From assembly GCA_905331295.1 (NCBI GenBank), contig CAJNYD010000044.1, positions 186,001-206,236 on the forward strand: a stretch of 20,236 bases of DNA, written 5' to 3'. The position numbers were made by a program, and so were the translations under genes. Shown here piece by piece: positions 1-18,161 of the stretch. Numbering within the stretch: the stretch's first letter is position 1; the number at the start of each line of letters is the position of its first letter. The notes below the pieces were generated by a model. That model was not told the origin of the DNA. It was given only the letters and a program-made list of their open reading frames with translations, and did no database searches. The stretch comes from Rotaria socialis. Lineage: Eukaryota.

Positions 1-8874
<8,874 letters not shown>

Positions 8875-9280
8875 TGAATATTAAACAAATTAAAATTTGT
8901 TTATAAATTTTTAAAAAAGCCGGGACGCCAGAAATAAAAATGGACTAAGGGGAAAATCTAGAAATAAAATTAAGCAAAAACATATGAACCATTTAAATAG
9001 AGAAGCAAACAAAGAACAACAGGTTCAAGTATATTGAAAAAAAAAGAATCTCAATAAAAATAAATAAATAATTGCTAGACGAAATTGAAATAAGCGTTTG
9101 TTTTTTCTTCGTTATAAAGATTATCAACGATTGTTATGCTTTTTATAGTATTGAAAAATATTTTTTCGACAAAAATTTTCTGAGAATAAAAATAAACAAT
9201 ATAAAATAAATCACCTTGCTCATTTATAAACATCGTCGAAATAGAGATAGAAAGAACATCCAGCCAGCCATTCAACCCAG

Positions 9281-9401
9281 ACGGAAGTCTCACTATAATG
9301 ATTCATCGAAGGCGACAAGAAAGATAGATGATGAATGTTTTTTTTATTGTTTACCATCAACTGGCGACATTCTAGTTTTCCATAGAAAAATTAAGATGGC
9401 G
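9281..9401. promoter_or_regulatory. Possible USP9X core-promoter region with ETS-like (ACGGAAGT, 9281-9288) and YY1-like (AAGATGGCG, 9393-9401) motifs
   Basis: Motif matches in a slightly GC-richer patch 400-530 bp upstream of the ATG. No TSS evidence is available. Confidence 0.3.
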
Positions 9402-10043
9402 TCACAAGAGTGTTAACATAAATTCACTGTACATAAGAAGCTCGTATTAATAATTGAATGATAATATCATAATATTTAACTAGATAGAACAATTACTATG
9501 CATTTCTCTTTTTGATGTCAGAATTGATAACTATAATTTTCAGTATTTATATCCTATTGAAATTAAAAAGGATTCAATTTCTTACCACTTATTTTTTGTA
9601 GAATATTAATATCATTCAAGTAGACGTAAACGGTTATTTTAAGATTCTACTTTGAAGAAAATCTTTTACTTGCTACACAAAACGTCTCATAATACCTAAA
9701 ATAGTCTTAGCGTAAATCTTAATAAATACACATAGAAAATATGTTCGTATTACATTTATTTTTCCTTTTCCTAATTTAAACATAATATAGTATAATAATA
9801 AAAAAATTGTATGATATGATTAAATTGGAATGAGCTTTGAATTGAATGAAAAGCATTTCCGACAATCTTTCTCATATGATGGGGGAATTTGAATTTGTGA
9901 CAAAATCGAATTCATTAAAATCATCTCTATTTGTAACAAAATAAAAGCTGTAATGGTATAGTGATATGCCACTATACCCATATAAAATCATTTTTTTCGA
10001 ATATTTCACTGCACCTGATTGGTTTGTTACCGAATTTACCGTA

Positions 10044-10336
10044 CCCCGGGTGATTGAATCCGAGAACGGATCTTATCAAACCCTATGGGATCCGACTCCC
10101 CGAAAGAATCCGACAGGATTCCTAGATACACGAACCTATTGTCAGTTCGGACGGAAAAAAATCATTTTCTATTCACGATCAAATAAGCATTTTGAGGCAT
10201 CAGAGCGCAACGGGTGATTCGTTGGAGTTGGATTCCGTTAAAATCCAACATCGGATCCAGTTGGATCCAATGCCAGGGACCCGACTGTAGGCCCCTGTCC
10301 AGGAATCCCACAAGTAACGCGACGTAAGCGTAGCTA
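10044..10336. mobile_element. Left part of a CCC-terminal, TA-flanked MITE-like element, interrupted by the next insertion
   Basis: TA + CCCCGGGTGATTG resembles the termini at 13295 (CCCGGGTCAAACA) and 10337 (CCCAGGTTGATCA). The body is GC-rich with dense GAATCC/GGATCC/GGATTC motifs. No right TIR found in the window. Confidence 0.55.
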
Positions 10337-10407
10337 CCCAGGTTGATCAAAACGGACTCGTTTACTGTCTGTTTATCGACGGTAAACGATGTCAAAACGG
10401 TATATTT
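10337..10407. mobile_element. Left end of a second CCC-terminal, TA-flanked MITE-like element
   Basis: TA (10335-10336) + CCCAGGTTGATCA, similar to the TIR CCCAGGTCGAACA of the complete MITE at 13295-13591. It has AAACG/AAACGG repeats and stops abruptly at another CCC at 10408. Confidence 0.55.
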
Positions 10408-13163
10408 CCCAAGCAGATAAAATTTCTCAAAAACGTGTTTGCACACCACAAAAACCACATTTATGTACTTTTTGAGGCACTTTTGGGGGAGTGCCCGTGC
10501 AAACGCGAATATTCCGTTTTTAACGACATGAAAACTCGCAAATTCTTTGCAGTCATTATATCCATCCTCATAAACGATTTAAATTGGCATTTTGATAGCG
10601 TTTGAACGATTATTTCGTTTGGCATGCGTGATGTTAACCAAAATTCTTGAATACCAGACATTTTTAAATAGAATTTTTCTTTTCGTGTTTAGAGTATTGA
10701 ACTATTGACGTTAACATGTACAGGAAATAGGAGTTTTTTATGGTTTTAACGTGTTGATTTATTTTTCGTTTGATTTTCTATAAAATATATCATGGCAACT
10801 CTGAAAATCGAAGAATTGTAAGCGTTTTCAAAACCGAAATTTTCATTTCCGTTCTCTGGCTATATTTTATCACATTAGTATGCGTGGTATCGTTTAATCG
10901 CTGAAGAGATAAAAACGCGTTTTTTTACAACCGAATACTGTTACTTTTCCCATTAAAGCGCAGATATTTTTTATTAGTGGTATAATGCAGTTATTAGAAT
11001 GAATCGATCGCGAGAAGTTTTGCATTTTAACGCTATATTTGCAACTATGTGTTAAACTTGCTCTGAAATTGACTTTTTCTACGTCTTGTATCAATGGTCG
11101 TGATAACCTGGTTCAGTTTAGCATTCGATAAGATAAAAGCGAAAAGGATTTGGTGTAAAAACTAAATAAGAAGAAAATAGAATAATAAAATCTCTATTAA
11201 GAAGAGAAGCAATAGTTGAAAGAAAATGGTTCTAAGGCTTCTGAAAAGAAAGATAATTTCATCGCACGAATAAAACATAAATCAATCTTTATTTAAGTAC
11301 TCTCCACTGTGTTTGGAAATTGAAAAAAATGAAAAATATCCTGTTTACTATGCGCAAGCTTTACAGTAATATCGTTTATATCAATTCTTACGATATGTTG
11401 TGGGTCAGTTAGTTGTTCCCAGAATATGAATGGATTGACAACATTTTTCTTTTTGATTGAGAGAAAATCTCGCCCATCAATTCTTATTGTATGAACTACT
11501 GCATAACATTGTTTCCTTGAATTATGAATGATAGCCATAATAAATCCGCAATTCGTCTCATGCTTCTCTTTGAATAACACACAAGAATCACAATTGCTAC
11601 TATTTGAGCTAGATTCATAAACAGAGAATTGAACATTATTTTTCCAACATGTTCCATGAAGAGAGAAGTTAAAAATTTGTTTTTCTCCTAAGTAGGCCAT
11701 TACGATATGATCATTTGGTAATTCTAATCTACAACCAAGACGAATAGATTTATTTTGTTTGGTTGTTACTTGTCTTGGAAGTGCTTGACGCTTTGGAGAA
11801 AACAGACGACATATGAATAAATGAAGAGGTGCAGCGTAATCTATAGTATCAAGTTCAACTGTAGCACATTTTAAAATGTTTATGTTATTTGTCAATTCAG
11901 AAACGATCAGATTAGGTCCATTTACTGATTGAACTATAGAACCTATAATAACGCACAGTAGACAACCACTTTAATGAAAAGAATAATTGTTGTGCCTTCA
12001 AAACATACCAATTACGCTTTCGAAGTTAAACGTTGAATAGTTCTGCACTGGACCGAAATATTTTAGCGTTTGAGGTACATGCACCATGGAATGTGCGACA
12101 GACGTCATTGATTTTTCCTAAAGATTGTTGACTTTGAAAAATATACAATTCAAAAAGGTGGGACATGCTGAAAACGAGCTGATATACCCTAATGATCAGA
12201 GATGGAACCAGTCTGCCTTGTTTCGTTCTCATTCACATCCATTTGGAGGACATCAACGACGGCTAGTTTTATCATTAAGCACGAGTAGAGATACAGAAAT
12301 AGTCAATAATTGCGTAGGACAAACGTCCTAAAATTCGTTCACAATATTTCTTATCTTCATCACACCTATAAAGTCTTGTTTTATCCCACAAGCAGACCAG
12401 AATAGAGTGAAACAAGAGATTGTGATTTTTCAGACACAAGTAATGTATTTTAAAGCAGCCAAAATCTTTAATAAATATTTATTATGGAAGAATTCACAAT
12501 GAGTGAATTATTGATGAAAGCAGAAATCTTCACAAAAAAATCTTAACGCGACGAAAAGAGTATTTACTGAGTTAGTTTTAGTCCAATCAAACAGAGATCC
12601 ACACTTTAATAAAAAGATGAATTTGCTTTTTGATAGATGCGTGTATTTCTGGGTTGAACAATTATTTTGTATATTGTAACATTACCCAAGAAAAATTCAA
12701 AATAAGACAATTAGGAGTTATTCTTTTTTTCACACATTGAGTCGAGTGTAATCCAATCCCTACACGATATACATGTATGCGAACGTAAAAAAATTTCTTT
12801 TTTTTGTCAAATTCATATATTATGCCTTAAAAAGTGAGAGTCATCATTTATATATGGCACAAACTACCGCTGTTCATATCTCATGAGTGATTCGAACGAA
12901 ATTATAATGGCGAATATTCACTCATTCAGTAATATTAGAGAAAATGTTTATTTAATTGTTTGTGTTTATGGGCAATAATTTAGAAATCATAGTTAAGATT
13001 TTTACAGCAGCATATAGCATGTTTATACTGAGTTTTTAGACTTAGTTATTAAGGAATGATTTATTTGTATCAACCGGTGTTGGATTTAGAATTTATTTTA
13101 TTTTATTTTATTCTATTTTTTTTTCTTATCGATTCTAAGTTGGTTGTTATTCCTTTATTTTAT

Positions 13164-13202
13164 AATCGACGTTTCGAAGAATATATTTTCATTTTCAAGA
13201 TT
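13164..13202 (-). ncRNA. Minimal type-I hammerhead ribozyme motif (U3-A8 core variant, extra 9b nucleotide)
   Basis: Minus strand reads AAUC-UUGAAAA-U-GAAAAUAUAUUCUUC-GAAAC-GUC^GAUU. Stem I is AAUC/GAUU, stem II is GAA/UUC, and stem III is the loopless palindrome ACGU. Predicted cut lies between 13168 and 13167. Confidence 0.7.
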
Positions 13203-13294
13203 TAAATTTTATAGAACGAATAGTTCTGAATTTGTAACGTTGAACTGTTACATTTATATTATATTTGAGAAAGAGAATAACGGCTGTTCTGTTA

Positions 13295-13591
13295 CCCGGG
13301 TCAAACATTCCGGCCACTGGATCCCGTAGGATACTCCAGGGAATATGCGGGAAAGTCACCATATCCTGCAGGAAAACACGGGAAATCGCTGGAACATGGA
13401 AGTAGTATTCCGATCAAAAATACGGTCGGACTTTTCCGGCGAATTTCTGCCAAGTTCCGGTGCTTTCCGGCAGGAATTGATCGGAAATCACCGGAAAAAA
13501 TGCGAAAAATTTCCAACCGGAATACTGCTTCCACAAAATCAACGGAACTACCCGGAACCGGCCGTTTCCAAGCCGGACTGTTCGACCTGGG
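13295..13591. mobile_element. 297-bp MITE with CCC...GGG termini and TA TSD (CMC/EnSpm-like non-autonomous element)
   Basis: TIR CCCGGGTCAAACA / TGTTCGACCTGGG (11/13 match); TA at 13293-13294 and 13592-13593; GC-rich body with many CCGGAA/TTCCGG motifs. Superfamily assignment is inferred from the termini. Confidence 0.85.
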
Positions 13592-13737
13592 TATTGTTCT
13601 GTAGAGCGAATAGGATTGTGATTCCTATACCCCCAAACAACATGTGTAGAGATAAATAAAAGTTCTCTTTCTCAAACATAATATAAATGTAACAGTTCAA
13701 CGTTACAAATTCAGAACTATTCGTTCTATAAAATTTA

Positions 13738-13960
13738 AATCTTGAAAAAGAAGATATATTCCAGTGGCGGATCCACCAGTTAGGCTACCCGGCGATCGCC
13801 ACCCCCTTAAGAAATCTTTTTCGATTTTTCTCAGCAGAAACGAAACAGATTAGAGTCTTAATGCCTCAAATAGACTTGAAAAACCGTTTTTTGGCCAGAA
13901 GCGCCACCCCCTTACAGATTTTCTGGATCCGCCACTGATATATTCTTCGAAACGTCGATT
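13738..13960 (+). ncRNA. Second hammerhead motif copy, with a hAT MITE inserted in the stem II loop
   Basis: AAUC-UUGAAAA-A-GAAG-AUAUAUUC-[MITE 13762-13937]-AUAUAUU-CUUC-GAAAC-GUC^GAUU. Stem II GAAG/CUUC is perfect; predicted cut after 13956. Confidence 0.65.
13762..13937. mobile_element. 176-bp hAT-type MITE
   Basis: Perfect 14-bp TIR CAGTGGCGGATCCA / TGGATCCGCCACTG; 8-bp TSD ATATATTC (13754-13761, 13938-13945); internal direct repeat CGCCACCCCCTTA. The empty site is preserved in the opposite arm (13178-13185). Confidence 0.93.
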
Positions 13961-16900
13961 ATAAAATAAAGGAATAACAGCCAACTTAGAATCTATAAGA
14001 AAAAAAAATAGAATAAAATAATATAAAATAATAAATAATAAAAATAAATAAAAATAAAAAAATAAAAAAAAAAATTCTAAATCCAACACCGGTTGATACA
14101 AATAAATCATTCCTTAATAACTAAGTTTAAAAACTCAGTATAAACATGCTATATGCTGCTGTAAAAATCTTAACTATGAAATGTTTATTTATTCTCACAA
14201 TCAATATGTGTGTTATAGCATTGTGAGGCAAGCAAAATGGTCTACTTACTGAGTATAACAATGGAAATAATTTGTCGAATTCATTTAGCAAAATCTCAAT
14301 TGTTACAATGGTACTTTGGCATAGAACCGATGATTCAGATAAATTCATTGCGTACTCTAACAGCTCCAGATGTTTGTAATATGGAATAGGAAGAAATGAT
14401 TTAAAATATCTATGTAAGTATATATGTATGTATGTAAATAAAAAATTAATTCTCTTTATCTTTCAAGCAATTTTTACCCTACTAAAGATCAATGGTATTT
14501 TTCATACTCCTGTTTGAACGATTAGAGTAAATGTGCAGAAAACAAGACTAGTAAAATAATTTTCCTCTAGGATTTGTTCTTCAGATGTCTCAAATTATTG
14601 ATTCATTGTTCTTTAGTTTAACAACTGCTTGATTAATAATCAATGAACATCTTTGTCTTATGGATAAAAGCCCCTGCTACATCAATAATATATGAAAGAC
14701 TTACTGATAACCGAATAACAATGTCAGTCGATATTCATTTCTTTTATATGTTTGAAAGTATCTCAACTGAGACGGTAGATGGTATGTTGTAGAAGGATAG
14801 CGAATTGAGTCCAATTTAATCTCGATCAAATGCAAACTTTTGTGCATAGAAAAGGCTTGACGACGACTTTTAAACCATAGTTCCAATAAACGCTTCTATC
14901 AAATATTAATAAGGAAAATATGGGCTATGTATATATAAATTAGTGGAAAAAAATGAATACCTACACATTGTATTCCTCTTACAATATGAGTGCCTAACTC
15001 AAATTGAGATACTGATTTCTTAGCGATCATTGTTTTCTTTCTACATTGTTTAATATCGTCATTTCTCAGAAAGATTTCTAGAGAACTTTTATGCTTTTAA
15101 TTTATTAAATTTCAAACTAACCACTCCAACGTGTTTGATTGACTAACAACTATCGGGTTTGAGTTTTGCGAGATCTTGCCGCCAGCCCTCATCTAAGAAA
15201 TTGTGTTATGACACTCTCTAGTGAGGAAAATTATATTTGCCATTAAAATCAGTATCCTAATTTAAGTTTCATGCTTAATATTTTAAAAGAGAGCCATGAT
15301 ACACTATGTTATTCAATTTTTCTTCGCCACTTTTCATGAAAGAATGCTTACAAACGTTCCAGCATAAACGTTGTGAAGTGAATCGGCAACACAAGATTGA
15401 CCAACATTGAAATACGATAGATCACGTAAGAGACAGGGACCCTGTTGACCACAGGCATGATCGTTTTCATTCGGTTTTAATTTTGATTTTCTCTAGTCAA
15501 TCAAAGAAGCAATACTTCCCCCTATTTGAACAAGCCAGTCATTTACTTTTGATAATATAAAAATATGTTTGTCGTACAACACATTACTTCTATTTTCAAT
15601 ATCATCTTCTGTACTTTTAATAAACACCCGAATGGTTCCATTTCCACTTTGCACATATTTCCCTGTAAAAATAACATAAGAAATTCGACTCTATCCAGGC
15701 ATGTTCTAGCATTAATTAACAAAATAAAATAGATGGATATTTTTCTAGAGCTATTTTGAATAGAATTGCTAGTGAGTTTATAAATGCATTGTCACGTTAC
15801 AATATTCAACGAGGCTACAACTTCGACGAATTTTTTTTCTACGTTACTTTTATTAAACGAAACCATAAATATGAAGCCGATGGTTCTATTAAATTATTCT
15901 TTATTTCTTTTTCCTTTTAGTTAAAAGAACTTATACAAAATGTTTTCCCGAAGATGCAACATCGACATAATTGTATTATGAAGTCGTATAACATTGTCTA
16001 AAAGATTAACCTCGATGAAATATATATGTATACTAAAGTTTAAAGTCACACGATACACTTCCGCTTTTGATAATATATCAATATAATGCTTAGGCTGTTC
16101 TCATAAATGATCAGAGATTTAACACTATACCTCTAATTGTACATCGAACACAACTGTGAAAGCCTACAGGATCATTGATATTCATCAGTAGCGCTTGAGC
16201 AGGCTTGTCAAGTGTTGCTGCAATTAGATAAGCATACATTTTCACAAAATTTTTATTAGAATTCGGTGGAGACACATGAAAACCAAGTTCCAATTGGCGT
16301 AACTCATACACCCAATCAGCTATAAAGCTTTGAAATTCGCGTTTTTTAGGTTTACTACAACCCATGGATATCGAACAAATTATTATGTTATTAATGTTAA
16401 ATCTAACAGCTCGTGGTAATTCATTAATGATCATACAAGTAACCCAAATTGAACGACTCAGTTTCTTTAAAACAATACCGTCGCTATTTAAAAGAAGTGT
16501 TACTATTTTCTTTCTTGGATCACGGATTAATTCTTGAACAGCAATATTACGTCGTACTTCACCTTCCTGAACATCGCGTATTCTTGAACAATCATTATCT
16601 GGTTCAGGTAAAATAGCCTACCGCTCTAAAGTGATTGTTATTTGTGGCAGAAGTTTAAGTATGCATAGCGTTGTTGAGGTTGATTGAAAATCAGCACTTG
16701 ACATACACTTGACATTCTCACATTTTGATATAATATTCCCTTTGTTACCACATTTCGAACAAACAGTGTATTTTTTACTCTGCAAAATGTTCTGTTGGTT
16801 TTGTAGAATATTTCGCTCTATGGAACGAAAATCAGTTGGTACACCTTTTACACCAAGATAGCGTAGCAATTCACATAAATCATTAATACATGACTTTGAT

Positions 16901-17411
16901 AAGCTGTGCCTATGTCGAAAAAGAGCAAGAGCAATAGAGATTTGTCTAGCATCAGGTAGAAAAGATTGGGCATTATCAGTAGCAGGATCTTGTGCTGGTT
17001 GATATGAGTTGCGTTCATGATCATCATCTGACATCATCGAACATAAGTTAGTATCAGATTCATAGTCGATAGGATCTTCGGGCGTGGTTGAACTACTGCT
17101 CAGCTCTTCATTTTGCTCATGTATTGTCACATCGTCAATCTCATCAACTTGAAGATAATCGTTGTGATACCGATTGTTCATCACTCTATTCTTTTTACGA
17201 AAGATTTGTATTCCTGAATTTACAATTAATCACTTACTCGACATCTTTCGTACTGCTATGATCCATCGAAAATACGTCAGTGTTTCTGGAAAGGCGACCA
17301 TTAGCATTTTTTAATCGTCGAACAAGACTTTTCACTGAATGCAGTGGAATTTCATTGTCGTCATCCATCATCATAATCTGTAGTTTATAAATGAATAAAT
17401 ATATTTACAGA

Positions 17412-17579
17412 CAGGGGCCGCGCGAAGGACCAAATATTAGGGGGATGTAACGAAGATTGGGGGGGGGNNNNNNNNNNNNNNNNNNNNNNNNNNNNNNNNN
17501 NNNNNNNNNNNNNNNNNNNNNNNNNNNNGGGAGGGGGGGGTGTACACCCCTCCTCATCCCGCTGGTCGCGCGGGTCCTG
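17412..17579. mobile_element. hAT-type MITE spanning the assembly gap
   Basis: TIR CAGGGGCCGCGCGA / TCGCGCGGGTCCTG (12/14 match); 8-bp TSD TTTACAGA at 17404-17411 and 17580-17587; G-rich interior. Confidence 0.88.
17468..17528. other. Assembly gap (61 N) flanked by poly-G runs
   Basis: N run between G tracts inside the MITE. Confidence 0.99.
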
Positions 17580-18161
17580 TTTACAGATATCTATGAATTC
17601 GATTAATGTGTGTCATTAAATATTCATTGTTTTATTCAAAAAGATTCTTTCCTAGTTTTCCGACGTAATTGATCTCGATCAAGTACACCATTTTGCTCTT
17701 TCGAGCCTGCAGATGTTGATGTAGCATATAAAATCGTATGAACATAATTGATAACTTTGAATATATATATACATCCAGATTTTATCCGATATTCTTTTTT
17801 AATACGAAAATAGTCATATGTTATAAGTTTTCATTTATGTTTCTGATATCAATATAAAAAATGCTTTCATCATCGTAAAGATAGTTTTGATTTTACTGAA
17901 AGTATATATAAAAGCTGGGCAAATGAAAGCACACATCTTTTAAAGTTACAAAACATGAATAAAAACAAATAATACACTGTTCACTGAAACGAGATCAGCT
18001 ATTTCAATACAGATAACAATACAAAGCAAAAGATAAAATAATGAATAAGCAAAAAAAACGTGTTTTAATTTTAAAAAAGGTAATATTAATGTCGTCTCTA
18101 TGTGTGTATTTATATCATAAACTTTATTTGAAAGTGATCATCTTCATCATCAATGTCTTCA

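Larger units (their letters stand above)
12955..14178 (-). mobile_element. Penelope-like retroelement remnant: inverted pair of pseudo-LTRs with 13-bp TSD
   Basis: Arm 12987-13277 is the reverse complement of 13663-14179 once the hAT MITE is removed (about 6 substitutions plus an A-rich microsatellite length difference). Direct repeat AAATGTTTATTTA flanks it at 12942-12954 and 14179-14191. Each arm holds a minimal hammerhead followed by AATAAA, and the left arm has a 32-bp extra tail (12955-12986). No RT or GIY-YIG ORF remains. Confidence 0.75.
12444..16001 (+). pseudogene. Putative antisense multi-exon gene of unknown function whose exons lie inside the transposase introns
   Basis: Plus-strand AG/GT-bounded segments: ~12444-12570, 12637-12774, ~12841-12954 + 14192-14222 (split by the Penelope-like insertion), 14468-14494, 14571-14615, 15070-15251, 15749-15842 and 15921-16001 (TAA). 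Six of seven junctions are phase-compatible, and no segment overlaps a transposase exon. There are several internal stops and one frameshift near 15145. Confidence 0.55.
11293..17374 (-). pseudogene. CACTA/EnSpm-like (Transposase_21 / TnpD-type) DDE transposase; 8 exons, ~852 codons, one in-frame TAG
   Basis: Exons 17374-17238, 17185-16131, 15662-15547, 15492-15352, 14895-14705, 14409-14250, 12117-12009 and 11942-11293 join with consistent phases at GT-AG sites (2559 nt). Motifs: CSKC..CENVKC, TLLLNSDG (D1), SIWV..INELPRAVRF, GCSKP, AATLDKPAQA (D2), GFHSCVRC, DSLHNVYAGTFKRLLELW, YKRNEYR, LYSEKSMTSVAHSMVHVP, FGPVQNYSTFNFES (E). Premature TAG at 16618-16620. Confidence 0.88.

Noticed and set aside
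9966..11094. Short ORFs 9966-10217, 10162-10458, 10461-10661 and 10894-11094
   Set aside because: They cross MITE and terminus junctions and reflect repeat composition; no protein family features.
13295..13591. CRISPR-like array from recurring CCGGAA motifs
   Set aside because: Motifs are 6-8 bp and irregularly spaced, lie within TIRs, and the context is eukaryotic with no cas genes.
13144..14110. ORFs 13144-13329, 13301-13534, 13345-13659 and 13850-14110
   Set aside because: Chance frames in a GC-rich MITE, the palindrome arms and an A/T microsatellite; the F/L/Y-rich 'membrane protein' is a repeat artefact.
14961..15040. Minus-strand AG/GT-bounded open segment (KKTMIAKKSVSQFELGTHIVRGIQCV) as an extra transposase exon
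   Set aside because: It is 80 nt, so inclusion shifts the frame and would split the conserved DSLHNVYAGTF-KRLLELW motif.
16567..16621. A 55-nt GT-AG intron that would remove the premature TAG
   Set aside because: Splicing it shifts the frame and deletes the conserved-looking DVQEG segment; a nonsense mutation is simpler.
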